A stretch of DNA of 64,000 nucleotides. Source: Tubulanus polymorphus (taxonomy: Eukaryota; Animalia; Nemertea). Shown here piece by piece: positions 48,611 to 62,806 of this stretch; the first letter of the stretch is position 1, and the number at the start of each line of letters is the position of its first letter. The notes beneath the pieces were generated by a model that did no database searches, was not told where the DNA came from, and saw nothing but the letters and a program-made list of their open reading frames with translations. The stretch is from the NCBI RefSeq assembly GCF_964204645.1, contig NC_134026.1:10687950-10751949 (forward strand), given 5' to 3'. The position numbers and the translations under genes are program-made.

Positions 48611-50041
48611 ATGTTGAATGCTGGAGGAAGACAATAATTATTAGGATTTTACATAATTCCCAGGTGAATTTCAGCCCAAATCATTCAACCAAAAGAATCA
48701 ATACTACATTCTTGCCGATTTTATCCCGATTGAGTTGATACACTCGTCCAATTCTCTGCTTGATTAACCAGTTGATTATCTTTTGTGGTTGGGGCCATTT
48801 TGGCTTTTAAAAATCATGTGACTTCTCGACATTAGTGATTAGCTAATGAAATCTGTAATATTGTGATATCTTCGGCAAACCATACACATTCGGCAAATAT
48901 AAAGGCAGTGAATAAGAATTCAGCCAAAAATATTAAACATTTGATTTGAAGAAGCCATTTGCGAATGCATTTCTGGCATAGTGGCAACTATGGACACATG
49001 AGCTGAAATTTGGCAGCAATGGATTCGGCACCGAATTCACCTAGTGTGTCCAGGACGTTATTGAACAAGCTAATATGCTATGTTTCTATTGATTGCAATT
49101 CTATTGTCAAAGTGTATCATTCCCATCTTGTTGAATTTGTTGAGCCTCACTTGAAGTTTCTTAATCTGCTTCACTTTCTTGAGATTGAGAACTGTTACCT
49201 TCAGTACATCGAAGGAGTTCTTTAAAGCCAATGATATCAAACCACATTGATAACCACATTATTAGAGACACATTATAAGTTCTCATATGTGTTAAGTGTT
49301 TTCTAGAAAACACACACTAACATTACGGAAGATAAAGTCCGAAAAAGTTTCCTTTAAGCTATAAATTTATTCATTCAACGTTTAAACTATAACCTCATAG
49401 TCATTGTTGAGTATTTCAAACCACTTCCCAAGGGGGCATGGCATCACTTGTTTTCTTAGTGTGGGATTTTGAATTGTCTTCTCAGTGATTTTGGCCTTAA
49501 TTTCCCAAATGTGTAAAACCAAAACGAGTCAGTTAGCAATTAACTAAAAAAAAAACAGTTTTGTCTAACTTAGCCCTTGTTGCTGATTTATTTTTGAATA
49601 GCTTGGGACCTCATCGAAATCTTAAGACAAGGAAACAGCCAGGCATGATAGTTTGTAAAAGATGTTCAATGTATCAGTTAAAGCCATTACTTAGGTAAAT
49701 CCAGGTTGATTGGGACCTGTGAAATTAATCCACATTGAAATACACTGTATGTATTAAACATTTATATATCGTACGTGGAGTAGGTTTGATAGAAATCAGA
49801 AATTACCCCTGAATACGTAGCTTTGTACTTATGTATGTTTTCGATGAGTCAATTCACCCAATATTGTGTCAAGTGAAACTTTTGGTAAACGTGTTTTGGA
49901 GCAATGCATACAGTCATAAAACAAGGCAAGAATTTTATGTTTTGGGTTCTAAGTGGCAATCGCAGCTGGCATCATTTTGGTCCATGCTTAATTAGACAGC
50001 ACGTTCACATGTACATGATCCAATCATGGGGAAGCCTATTG

Positions 50042-51248
50042 CAGTGGAACCTCGTTACAGAAAACATCACGGGACTGAGAAATATGCTTGTTATAACCGA
50101 CAGTTTGTTATATCCGGTGTGAAATTAATTAAATTGTCTTACTTGGGAAAAATGCTATATACAGTAAAACTGGCATAAGTCGGACATGTTGGGACAACGG
50201 GAAAAGTCCAACTTAGAAAATTCCGATTATGAGTAAGTCGGGTTTTGGGGTTTTTTTAAAGAAAAATCCAAGGAAGCTACAGGTTAAGACCCTTAACCCT
50301 ACCAACTTAAGGCGGGCAAAGGTTGGCCTTGCAACGAGATTCACTGCACCTGCCATGATGGCGTCGCAACGACCAACTGACTTACACTACCTTGCGACGG
50401 GTTGCGACTGCCAGCAGCGACGCCAGTCGCTCTTGCAACTGGGAGTGACACCATTTCTTCCAGTAATACTGGGATTCGAACCCACAATGGTAATGAAATG
50501 CTTTTTGAAATCATTTTTTTTGAAGGCTTCATAAAATTTCTTATCGAGAATTTAATCTCATCCATTTGTATTCATCTTGCTTCGACCATTAAGACCAGTA
50601 TTTGAGCTTCATGTCAAGACTATTACCAAATAGTCTATCAATCATGGAATGGAACTGGTCGGTGATAGAAATTGCGGTAGAGCAATGAGTGAGTTCTTGT
50701 GTTCGTTCTGATAGTTAGAAACCCACTTCTCCCTTGTAATAGCCAGGAATTCTTAACTTTGTGTGGTTTAGTGCCATTTTTAGTTACCATGTGACAACCA
50801 GAATGGCGGTTTGCGTCGCTTCGACCTACGCGCTCTTGCGACTGGCAGAAACTAGTCGCACACATTCGCTGATAATCGTGTCGCAACCGACCTATGCCCG
50901 GCTTTAGTGACGTGGAACCAATACACTATTCTGTAGCCGAGTACTATTGTAAACATGTGCGTAACATGTGTACTCTGTCGACAGAAAAATCGATCTACCG
51001 GTACATAATAGATGCGTGCCAGTGACAATCTTTTTAAAAAGAACTGAAATTAGCTGACTGACATAGAGATTGAAAAGTTCATTGCTTTGAAACTTTCGGA
51101 ACATATATTTTAGCCGAATTTCTGACTTCTTGAATCAGACTTTGTGGTCTGAAAAAATCGGACCTTGAATTTTGGCCGGCTTAACCAACTTTTAGCTGTC
51201 TGAGTTACGCCAGTCTGTATTTGTTACGGTTGTAACAAGGTTAAACTG
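50042..51248. mobile_element. nested MITE stack (Tc1/mariner-like > Tc1/mariner-like > Harbinger-like)
   Basis: Outer CAGTGGAACCTCGTTACA..TGTAACAAGGTTAAACTG; middle cagtaaaactggcataag (50162)..gttacgccagt (~51214); inner taaggcgggcaaagg (~50307)..cctatgcccggcttta (~50905). Confidence 0.5.
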
Positions 51249-51309
51249 TATTCACACAGGATAATTTGCGGCTTTCGTCTTGCTATGTGCGTTTGGGTTA
51301 ATATCTATA

Positions 51310-51565
51310 CAGGGTCCGATCTAAGCAATTGTCCGATTGCTCGGGACAAGTATATTCTCATCAGGGCAAGTAGGTTATCATTATCACTTGTCCCCCGGGC
51401 TAGTGAAATTTAATGTCAGAAAACTTTTTTCCCACTCGATACAACGGATGATAGTGCCACCAATCGGACTGCCTGTGTAGGGCAAGTAGCTTTTGGAGGG
51501 GCAAGCGAAATTTCAGATATGCTTGCCCCCGGGCAAGTGGCTTTCATTCCTTAGATCAGACCCTG
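51310..51565. mobile_element. MITE with CAG..CTG TIRs and 5-bp TSD
   Basis: CTATA|CAGGGTCCGATCTAAG ... CTTAGATCAGACCCTG|CTATA; internal GGGCAAGT repeats. Confidence 0.75.
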
Positions 51566-52429
51566 CTATAGTACATGTATCAGCTTTGGATGCAGTGTAT
51601 ATCATGATTGTTATGAACAAGGTTTAACATGCACTTTGAGTTATTGTTGGATGGTTTTAACTGTTTCATACATTTTGTAAATGCACCCTTTTTCTATTAT
51701 GCAACAAAACCCACCAGGTTGAATAAAAAAAAATTCTTTCTCCCTGATGAGAATTTTTGTAATAAATCTACCAAATCTTTCGTTGTTTCTGAATTGTGGT
51801 GTTTCTCTCCTAGATAAAGTAGCGGTACCAGATTTATGTGTCCCCTAGATGGAAAAGGGATCATTCATTTATAACGTAGGCACAAAGTTCAGTTGTTTAG
51901 TTCTTTATGTAATGGCTGCTGATGGAGTTTTCACCAAACACAATATTATGGTAAACGATTGGAAACTACAGGATGAAATTTCAAATAAGAAGTTATCCAC
52001 TAAATCAACGGTTACTGGAATCCTATCGTTATAAAACAATATGCAGGTAAACATATCAGTTGCAGTTCTTGGGCATCATTTTGGGGGGAAAGTTGAAAAA
52101 CTTTCTACCTGAAATTTGTATGAAACTGAGCTCAATATCGACAATATTGTGTAAAATTTACATCAGAATCGAACATACAAAACTGAAAATACAGCTTTTA
52201 CATTCAAACCAGTTATTACTTATCAATTTTATCAAAAGAATATAGAAGTAGTGAATTATCATTTAGAAGAATAGTGCACAAAATGATATCAAAAGTATAT
52301 AACAAGTGCTCATTATTTGTCACCGGTTTTATGTTAAAATAGGGTTTGTCCCAGTTATTTATTTGGTTGGTAAATTTCTTTTGATTGAGTGTCTCTTACA
52401 GACCCACCACACCTGCCGGGAACGAAACA

Positions 52430-52760
52430 GATTAGCTGTGTGATACTGGTGGAGGCCAGATGTTCCTTTAAACATCATCAATCAAGTACTGATGACTGAG
52501 TTGTTGTATGGTATGCATCCTCGCTTGCCAGGGGTCCGGTATCACTCCCATTTCCACCAGCCAGCTCCCCAGCCTGAAGACACGCGATTTCATTACTGGC
52601 GCCTTTGCACATGAGGTTATATCTAATTGGGAAAAACTTCCTTGTTCACTAAAACGTTCTTGGTTGGTTGTTTCATTTAACGAGAAATTCAACAAATGCT
52701 GTGATTGGCCCGAATGGATTCTGGTCGACTGGTAACGACTCCAACTCCAAAATATAAACA
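52430..52760 (+). mobile_element. highly degenerate CR1-like LINE 3' end
   Basis: FAHEVISNWEKLP...SFNEKFNK resembles the LINE ORF2 terminal F..RV...WN.LP...SFK motif. Confidence 0.4.
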
Positions 52761-53473
52761 ATTGTACTTGTAGGATCATTGTAAATATTTCTATTTATAT
52801 AAAATCATTGGAAAACAATTCATATGTGTAATACAGATTTACACGGCAAACATTTGAAAGACCTGAGTAGGACGGATAAAAGTATCCCCAGATGTACAGT
52901 AATATCTGCTAGACTGATCAGTTTAATGCATACCTACATCTTAGGCATAATGTCTTACACTTACCAGGTAGGCAAGTTTTAACTGGGCTTAACTGATTCT
53001 GGAATACTCTTTCGGTGAGTTTGTTTTAACCAGAATATTCCTATTAGGAAATACCTGATACAAGGATGGGCGGGAGTTGCTTGTAATACTGAGCCCAGTT
53101 TCACAGTCGTAAGATTTGAAGATAAGTCAAGAACTGAGAAAGAATCGTCCAGAATTGTATTAAGCATTTCCCAGAATTCCTTTCATAAACCAGAACACAT
53201 TTCGTCTTCAAATGAGACCTGCCTTCAATTCATGTAGACTACGCAACGCTAAATGATCTGGATTAAGCAGGTTTTACTGTACTTCATAGAATAAATCGAA
53301 TATCTGGCGAAATCTAATCCAACGGAAAAATGATGTAATTACAGGTAAGGTCTGTTTTTCTTGTAATGTTTTGTCCCAATTTGTTCCTGAAAACGCTACC
53401 GGTAGTACCTTTTTACACATGAGACACAAAAGATCTTTTCTGCAAATTCTGCCAAAACCATGAGACAGTTATA

Positions 53474-53645
53474 CAGTTGAACCTCGTTAAAACAATTCTG
53501 TTAAAAAGGAAACCCGTTTATTACAATGATTACCAACATTACCCAGTTAACATATTCATATCAATCCTGATTTGGATAATCCGAAACCCGGTAATACGAC
53601 AATTTCACTTTTGTCCACAAGATTGGTATTAACGAGGTTCCACTG
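53474..53645. mobile_element. Tc1/mariner-like MITE
   Basis: TA|CAGTTGAACCTCGTTAA ... TTAACGAGGTTCCACTG|TA. Confidence 0.75.
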
Positions 53646-54322
53646 TACTTCTTATACAGTATTTAAAACATCGAAAATTCATAAAGACATAATATGCATA
53701 AGTGAATTAGGGAATCCAACAAAGGGGAATTCAGATTTACGAATAAATCATAATGGATGTATAACATACTTATGTTGTAAAAGACTGGTTAACAATTCAC
53801 TTAACAAATGAGAAGAAACAGCCAATCGTCAAAACGTTCTGTGCTTCTCAAGAATGAAAAAATAAATAATAAAGCTGCACAGCAGGGATCACAGATTTTC
53901 TGCATTAATGATTCTTTTAGTCAGGAGGAGAATTAAATTGTCAGAATTGTAGTTCTAAGCCCCATCCCGTGATTGTAGAATTTAATAAGTGCTGCCATCT
54001 ATTTGTTCAATTCTAATATCAGAGGGTGACTTTAAGTACACCTTAACACAGCATGGATTTTTTTACTGTTACATGGAGGCAATAAATTAGCTTACTAGAA
54101 GTAATTGTTCAGTTTTTATTCAACATGCTGCGATTTCAATGGCGACGATTCATAAAAATTCTGTTGCAATATCACTACGTCACTCATGTCTGAATGTCGT
54201 TAAAAATGTTTAGTCTTCAAAGACAGGTGACGGCACTAATACTTTTTAATTCAGTACACAGAGTCAAACAAATAACAATAGTCGAATGATCAGAAAACCC
54301 TAATAAATTGTTACTGCCAATA

Positions 54323-54505
54323 CAGTAGACTTCGCTCAAGTTGCATCTTATGGAACCGAGTATGGATATCTGAGTTGGATGGTATGCTTTTCATATACAG
54401 TCAATCTCCGATATACCTCCCTCCCATTCACCACCACCCCGCCTTACCACCAGGTTTTCAAAAAACATTTGAGTTATTCGGATCCGACTTGGGCCGAGTC
54501 CACTG
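54323..54505. mobile_element. Tc1/mariner-like MITE
   Basis: TA|CAGTAGACTTCG ... CGAGTCCACTG|TA. Confidence 0.6.
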
Positions 54506-55315
54506 TATGTATTTTTGATTATACTTCCTTTTTAATGGCAGTGCTGACTTATCGCCAACAATCTACAAAATTAGGTGAAGCAAATCTAACATGCATTCAA
54601 TGAAAATAACATTTCTAAGAAAGACAGAGCACGTTATATTCTTTTTGGTTCGAAAGATGGTGTTAACCTAACTCAGGCGGACTAAAGATTCCGATCAGAT
54701 CATTGGATTATAAGCAGTCAAGTCTGCGATTATCTATGGGGAACCTTTCCAACATGAAGTGTACTTATGACCATGCCAGATTGATCACAGACCGATCGTA
54801 AGCCGAATTGTAGGAATCGAACCAGTTCTATTTCCTACGACTGATCTTGATGTTGTAGTCAACCAGCAACAAATGTTGCGTCACACGACTCCGACTTGGC
54901 GATGATCGAGTCACAGTCAACCCGAGTGCTCTTAAGATTGTGAGACAAATGAATCGCCAATCAGCGGTCACATTACCACTTTGTTCTTACAAGAACCTAC
55001 TCAGGTCATAAGTCGACCTGAGCTAAGTTTTAGATGAAAAATAGATACCTCGTTTCTCAAGATTCTGATGTCCAAAATTGACCCACCCAATTCCCTTTTA
55101 ATCTTAAAAAACGTTAAATTGCTAAATGTAAAATATTGACCAGCTCGGTAGCCTATGATTTTTTCAATTTGAAAAATAGATTCTAAACAAACCGCCTGAA
55201 ACATTATGTAGGTCCTGAAACCACTTTGACCTGATTGTTTCACTGCTTTCATCGAACACAATGAACCCGACCTTTATGCATGTACAGTATGTGAGTACAT
55301 ACATCGCCTCATTGA

Positions 55316-55448
55316 TCATAACGCTCGCAGTATTTTCTCAACAAATGGATTGACGTTGACGCCATGAAATTTCCAGTTCAATGCACAGAAGTCAGCTGAT
55401 TCAATACGTTCTTTCTGGTGATCAGGTAAATCAACAGTATCCTCAGTG
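55316..55448 (-). CDS. terminal coding exon of minus-strand gene (TEDTVDLP...KILRAL*)
   Basis: ttctag|...TGA. Confidence 0.82.
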
Positions 55449-58400
55449 CTAGAATGAAAGATGTCAGCACATATAGTGCAACTTGTTGCAATGGATTACG
55501 GGTGGATCTAGGAAAATTTGAAGGCCGTCCAAAAGAAATGAGTGTCAAATTTGCAGGTTGTAACTATTTCTGATGAAGAGGGCAACCTAATGCAGCTATC
55601 AATGTGAACTCTGACCCCCCTACATCAGTGATAGATGCTTTCCAGACGTCAAAAACATGGTGATTCCTGAACAAACAGTTTAGAAAACTAAGGATCCAGG
55701 GACACCATGCCCGCTTGGTGAAATGCTTGACAATCTGACAATTCAATATTCAACACCTCCTGGTGAATTAATACAGTAATCAATGAGCTTGACACTTATC
55801 ACAATCGTAGAGCTTGTCAAGCACTACAATTCTGCAATTGATTGTGGTTACTGGTACGAATTATGCCTAGGTACCAATATATATGGAAATACCACTATTC
55901 AATGTCCCCTGGTGATTATATAAAAATTCCAAATACCATGAAATTCACCATAATCATAGAGCATATCAAGAGCAATGATTTTGCAAATGATTGTTGTAAC
56001 AAAATATTCCAAAAAGTACCAATATACATTGAAATACCATGTTATTCCATTATTCAACTTCCCCTGAACATATACAGAAACCAATGACCTTGAAACACCA
56101 TAAAGATTTACCAATATAATGATGTCTCATATCCGGTGGTGGTCATTTTTTAAACCATCAAAGCCCTAGTGAACCTCAATACTAGGGGAAGGTGGAATTC
56201 TGTCAAAGCGATATTGTTGGTTTTGCATCTTATGCTGACATTTTTTTAGTTTTATTCAATTCAATATCAATTCATCAACTAATAATTGGAATGCTAATGG
56301 GCTCCTGTACTGTTTCCTTGACAAATGTAAGAGAGGATTTCTATACATCAAAAGTGAGAGGAAACATGGCTGATTAACACATACAAGGAGGGATCAACTT
56401 CAAGTTGTATTTCAATGTCTTGAAGCCTTTAAACATCATTTAGTACGCTAAAAAAATATATTATTTCACTTTCAAATTTTTTTTTTTTTTTTAAATCAGC
56501 AGCCCGGCACTTTTCAAAGCGTGGTGACAAAATGACTATTGTCTTAGGTTTGCAGTGACGGGTGTTTTTAACATCTAACATTTTCAATAAGGTCTCAAAA
56601 TGTCAAAGGTGAGGTCCAGAACACAAGGTGAAGCCTTGATGATGCAAAGAATGGCATTACGCATTTAACCCCTGAGGAATTGGATCCAGTAATCACTTGA
56701 AACTTACACAAACTTTTGATAAAGCAAACGTTCCGCTAAGGCCGCAATGCCTGAAAACAGCTTCTGGTCAATTTTGCTGTCTTCATCGATCTGTATCAGA
56801 TCAAACATGTAATTCATTTGTTCGGCTGTGATTGAATTGATCAAAACATCCTTCAATGCCTTTTCTAAATCCTGAAAGATGGTAACATAAAAAATAGACA
56901 CTGTAAGATGATTCAACAGGTGAATTAATTTACTGTTAAATCCTTATATACTACCCACTACCATATATCAAATTTACATGGGTCCGAAAGTCCATGAAGT
57001 CAAGAGCTTATGAAATAAAATTGCAGCAAAACAAGTACCAGCATTTTTTATTACTGCCCTTGATTTTAGACCTCTGATCCCAGGTGCTTTAAATAGGAAG
57101 TCACATAGCACTTTCAGGAATACCTTTGGGGTTAGGACTCCAATTTTTCCATCCTTGTTTTTCATGAATATCTTGCTGTACAAAGTATTTCTTCTGGAGG
57201 AAATTACGCAGTATTCACGAAGATACTCCTGTGGGGACATAGCTACAAAATTTTAAAGTACACCACATGAAAATAAGCTTAGGTGAAAATATCTAAACTT
57301 GATGAACTTATTACATTTTAATTGTTCACGCATCGTACAAGATATCATTTTGGTAAATTTCTAAAACTAGGGGTCCAGGGACACCATGCCTACCATGCTC
57401 AACAATCTAACAATTTCAATATTCAATGCCTCCTGGTGACCATATACAAAAACCAATGACCTTGAAACTCACTACAATCATAGAACATGTCAGCTGCTAC
57501 GATTTTGTAATTGATTGTGATAACAAAATATGCCTTGTTACCAATCTAATGTGGAAATACTAAGTAATTCTACTATTCAATGCCCCCTGGCGACCATATG
57601 CAACACCCAATGACCTCGAAACATACCACAATAATAGAACATGTCATAAACTACAATTTCGCAATTGATCATGGTAACAAAATATGCCTAGGTACCAATC
57701 TAATAAGGAAATACTAAGTTATTCTACTATTCAACGCCCCCTGGTGACCATATAGAATAACTAATGTCCTTAAAACTCACCACAATCATAGACAATGTCA
57801 TGAGCTACAATAAGCAATTGATTGTGGTAACAAAATATGCTTAGGTATCAATATAATCTGGAAAAACTTTTTCCCAACTACGAATGAGTGCTGATGATAC
57901 CAAGATGGCCGCCAATTACGTCATAATTGGCCGATCAAAAATTCCTGACACAGGTATAAAACATCCCTTTCCAAAGAATACCCTTCACAAATTGCAATGA
58001 GAAATGGCAAACCAGTAGGAAGCTACAGGACTCAGAATTTGGGCCAAAATTGACATTTTTGGGCACTAAAAAGGTCATAGGACGGCCATCTTGAGTCGAA
58101 TCGACCCAATTTTTCTTATGGTGATGGGCCCTTGGGGGATTCAAATATATACGAAAGATCAAGGTAATTGATTTAAGTGTCTTCAAAATTTCCCTCAAAA
58201 AGTTCAATAAATTGCCCATGGGCAAAGTGTGGTTTACCTTGAAAGCTAGAGGTTGTTTGGGGTAAGGGCATTGCTTGAAAAATCTTTTTAATTCGTGACT
58301 TCAAAGTTCTATCTTGTATTTCATCTTTCTCAAAGAATTATTTTGTAGTCAAATAAGACCAAAAATATACATTTCGTAGGGTACAGGTAGGGGCGGCAGG

Positions 58401-61400
58401 GAAACTATTTTATATTTTCAAAGAAATATTTTTCACAATATGAAAAAATATTCAAATAAAATTCATATGATGTCACATATCAGAGGGTGGCTGAATATTT
58501 AGTCTTGGAAACCTCTTCCAATGTATGGCCGCGGAATCTAAACCGGCACAGTAAGAAATCGGCGTATTAGATCGTTTTAAATCCTGGAATTTACTACTAC
58601 AATATTCAGACCTCGACCTATACTTGTAGTTTGCTGCTTAATATTTTCAGGTCACAAGAAATCACAATTTATTATAAATTATATCAAACAGAAAACATAG
58701 CGCTCATCTTCTGTTGATGAAATGTCAGACGCGCCAGCAAGCAGCGTTTACAGTATCACTATAGTAGTGTATACTGTACGAGCGTGTGTTTGTGTATGCA
58801 ACAGTCTATAGCACTCCGTGCGCACATGGAGGCCTTGTGTAAGTGAATGTTCGCTTGCACTTCAGTGTCAATCAAATCAATCACCGGGTATTAAAATGAA
58901 ACAATACCTATGGCGGAAAATAATTACATTCTCATCAGCAATGAGCATTTGAAATTTGCACGTATACGGCACCTAGTCCAATGAAACGTTCGCCATTCTA
59001 TGGCTTTCCCATAATTATTTTAGTAGCCCCGGAATTCCCCGTATATCCCAAAAACAGCCAATCGCATTCGCTCGTAGAGACAACACCCCCCAATCGAGGT
59101 CATTGCAATTTTATACGCGAGAGCTAAGAATTTTCCCGCCAAAAACAGTTTATCGTAGAATTTTAACAAAGTTGACCATGTACATCGACAGAGTTCGTCA
59201 TGTCTTCAAGCGCATCGATTATACGTCGTTTAATCCGAGAACCAATGAAACAAATGCTCACATAAAAAAACGTACCGCGATTTTACATGAAATTGGCTCA
59301 ATGCCAACTTCATATCGCTGACAAAGGTAAACCAAAAAGTGTAGAAAGTGCTGATTTTGACGAACAACAATGGCTGCCAGTCGGCCATCTTGATTGTGAC
59401 AGGGCCAGTTTTTGGGCTGAAGATGTGTCTAGGGTAGATATATGTATAAACCAAATATCAAGACATTACCTTGAAGCGTCTTCAAAACTTCCCAAAATAA
59501 CTGGATTCCGTCTACGGACGGACGACGGACGAAAAGTGAACGCAATGGCCCACTGGGACTAAAGTCCCAAGTGGGCTAAAAAATCAGAAACCCACGACTT
59601 TCAACTTTGCGCAACATAAAGAAAAACTAATTACAAAATATATTGTTGTTTAAACCGCTCAATTCGCCCATTAGTAGTGAAATTATAGGCTACCGAAATT
59701 GCGTTTGAGTTTGCTAAAAATAGCTTTGAGCGAAGTGTATTAAGCATAGGAATGATTTATCGATCCGCCAGACCGTTGACATAGGCTAGCTAACGCGAGC
59801 CAGAAATATGGAAAAAATATCCAAAGGGCTTGTGGCAAGCGACGCATTCTACCAGAGCCATCGCTCAAGCCATTGCCAAATGCAGTTATATTTGTGAGCG
59901 GTAGATCATCGCTAACTAACTTTCACAGATATCTTTTTCATTGAATATGTAAATCTTTTAATCATAATTTGTGTAGAAAGGCCTAATGTTTTGACTTACT
60001 TTCTAACTTTCTCATGTCCATTGGCAACTCAAACCGACAAGATTGTTTAGACAATGCTAAACGCCCAGTTACAGCGCCTTGTGAAGTAAGTTTCTGCAAA
60101 AAGCAAAATGATCATTGGCATTCAATTCTTCTGTCTCAGATTGCTTTTATAAGCGATGCTATGCAATGTAAAATACCTTGATATCAAAGGTTGATTTATC
60201 CACTTTGGGAATAATCTTTATTTCACTATGATCCTGAAATATTAAGTAATAACATCCACATTCATCATCAGTCGACTTCAGTAATCCAGGAATCCACTTT
60301 TGGCAAACAATACAAAAGGGTATCCACACAGGGTCAATTTAACATCTGAGATTCAATTAACTCTTTGCCTGCCAGGCCTATTTTTCAGGAAATTCTGCGC
60401 TTTGCCAGGATTTCTGTGATTTTCAGAGATTCATAAAACAAAAACTAAAAGAGATATCATCATCAAATTTGTTTATTTTGTTCATCTGGTCTTGCTTTTT
60501 CATGGAAAATAAGCAGCATTTCTTCTAAAAGTGATAAAATCTGCAGCAATCACCAGAGCAGTGGGGTTTTTTTTAATAAAATATGCCCATTCATACGTGT
60601 TCAGACCCCATTTCAATAGATGATGTCACTAACACACTGCATTGAACGACTGATGATAGTTTGTTTTAGTAGTAAAGGCATTAAACTAACTGGTGTTGTG
60701 CAATGAATTCGCCATCTATTGTTAAAGTTAAGCAACAAGTCAACCGTACCAGCACGGTTTTGGCAGGCAAGTGATGGGAGATACCAAACGTACCAGTACG
60801 TTTTTGGCAGGCAATGAGTTAAATCTATCAAAAATTCAAAAATTCAATGGATAACGAACATGGAAGGTTAACCCTCAGGAACTGCAAGAATTTGGAAACA
60901 AGTCCACCAATAAATATGCAACCAGGCATTTCGTTTGCCTTTTTAATGCCGGGATGATTTTTTGTTGTTTGTCCGCTGTGCCTTAAAAACAAAAATGTAG
61001 CTTTCTTTCATGTGTTCTGCTGTGCAAAATCAAGCCAGTGTAATCGAGTATTCACACTCTACCAGTCCAGTGACAGTTGATAGTGAAATTGGTGAAGGCA
61101 AATTAAGGTTGTTCAAACACGGTCAAATCGTAAAGATCATACAGTCGGCTACATTTCTATCGATATAAGCATAGTCGACTGTAGTACGCAAATCATTACG
61201 GCTTTGGATAAAACATACCGGTAAGTGAGAAGTTATCGATAGTCTAGCGTGTTTGGATGATTCATACACAATAGCGATACAGTCAACCCCGATATACCAA
61301 CTCCTCCCAATAAACTGCCACCCCTGCCTAATGCTGCGTTTTTACTGGCAATGGAGCATTTGAATTCAAATCAATAGGAAAATCCCCTGATATAATGCCG

Positions 61401-62806
61401 CCTGCAATTCACCATTGCCAACGCACTTTGTAGTACATCTCTAAAACATCTTGTAAAACAATGGCATTCCGAGACATAAAATCTCCCAGTTACTGAGTAT
61501 CAAAGGGGCTGACGCGTTTCGAAAAAGATACAATGAATTTGTTGATATGCACTTACTTCATTGTTTTTACTTGGCTTCTCTGTCTTTGTGCCCATATTAT
61601 TATCCGTGCTTTGAAGTGGTGGCTCAACTTTGACAGGTTCTGGCTCACTGCAATAACATTATATACTGATTTACATGGTTTCCTGGCAATCAATTCACAT
61701 TCAATCAGGCAAATCCATTCATTAGCGATAACTAGTCCAACTGTGAACGGCGCCAACACTACGGCTAGGTAAAACACAATATTTCCAAAGGGAAGGTTTT
61801 ATAAAACTCGAGTTCTGTTTCAAAGACAATCCTTTATTGATATCACTGAGATGGCAAAAATGAAGAAACTGTGTAAATTACAATTAAACTAGGGCACGGG
61901 GTTTAAAGTTCTAAAGTTCAAATGCATAAGCCACATTCACGCTGCAAGAATGGAGAAAGCATTTACATGTGCGAAAACTCTGCGTTTAACTGGTTTGTTC
62001 AATTTGGAATGGAGCAATTTATTTACAAGTTTGACCAAAAATCGAGGACTGCTCTGTGTGCAGAAATAGAAACTGCTCTGATTTCAATCCATGTTGCGTC
62101 TAGTGGGCCCAGTAATACAAGCGGATTATAAAACATGTGCAAACGCCCATGTCTGGTTCGGTCAGCTTAAAATTGTTGTTTCAGGAATGGGCCAATATAG
62201 AATGAACTCACTGGAGAGCGTGAACGTGGCTATATCATTCTATAAAAACCTCTTTTACCTGCATACACCGAACAGTTAAACTCAGTTTAAGGAAAACAAG
62301 TTTCGTGAAATCGATCGTATAAACCATCTACGATATACAAGCTTTATGAGCGACTAACCAACTAGAATTCTCATAAGTATAATATTTCTACACGACTTGA
62401 TTACATACATTTAGTGAAGTAAACTATACTTTTACTCCCAAAGCTTTATGTGCTATGGGCATTTTGTTAGTGTAGTCAATATTTGCCAACATTAGTGGCT
62501 TATGTTTGCATACCAAGCAGTCAAACAGGTTTTTCTCTGTTACCTCTGTTTTTGTTTTTGTTTCTTTACATCTTTAATTTGAGGAAATGGCTATAGATTC
62601 TTGCACGATTTGAGTTAAACTGAACAATTGAGTTTTGATAAAATCAAGCATTTGTTACCACTAATGACATGATCATTCCAAAAAGATACAATTTGTCTAT
62701 GTATACTAGTTGCATACATAATATATACCTTATTTTGTTTGATTCAATTTTAGCAACAGGCTTTTCCATCAAACGCAGAAAACTCTCTGGTTCAGGCATA
62801 TACATG
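55316..62806 (-). CDS. uncharacterised EF-hand-like protein, spliced, 5' end probably outside window
   Basis: Phase-consistent exons 62806-62729, 61647-61557, 60093-60000, 57242-57124, 56871-56708, 55448-55316: ..CRFELPMDMRKLETMSPQEYLREYC..LYSKIFMKNKDGKIGVLTPKDLEKALKDV..IDEDSKIDQKLFSGIAALAER..ESADFCALNWKFHGVNVNPFVEKILRAL*. Confidence 0.8.
56708..56871 (-). CDS. exon of minus-strand gene (DLEKALKDV...ERLLYQKF)
   Basis: tttcag|...|gtaagt. Confidence 0.85.
57124..57242 (-). CDS. exon of minus-strand gene (MSPQEYLREYC...GVLTPK)
   Basis: ttgtag|...|gtattc. Confidence 0.85.
57365..59582 (-). mobile_element. HINE-like element (same family as 10152..11127) with a nested DNA element
   Basis: Reverse-complement termini (aactag...; ...cccaagtgggctaaaa) and ~154-bp tandem units. 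Confidence 0.72.
58231..59333. mobile_element. non-autonomous DNA transposon with GG-starting TIRs (Merlin/Mutator-like)
   Basis: GGTTTACCTT..AAGGTAAACC; flanks share aaagtgt (imperfect ~9-bp TSD). Confidence 0.6.
60000..60093 (-). CDS. exon of minus-strand gene (KLTSQGAVTGRL..CRFELPMDMRKLE)
   Basis: ttgcag|...|gtaagt. Confidence 0.82.
60361..60818. mobile_element. piggyBac-like MITE
   Basis: TTAA|CTCTTTGCCTGCCA ... TGGCAGGCAATGAG|TTAA. Confidence 0.75.
61557..61647 (-). CDS. exon of minus-strand gene (EPEPVKVEPP...SKNNE)
   Basis: ttgcag|...|gtaagt. Confidence 0.65.
62729..62806 (-). CDS. exon of minus-strand gene (MYMPEPESFLRLMEKPVAKIESNKI)
   Basis: tatcag|...|gtatat; phase matches the next exon. 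Confidence 0.55.

Noticed and set aside
52468-53218. Minus-strand ORFs or extra exons of the EF-hand-like gene, or readthrough of its TGA
   Set aside because: Candidate splicing gives stops in all frames, the acceptors are weak, and part of the region is better explained as a + strand LINE remnant.
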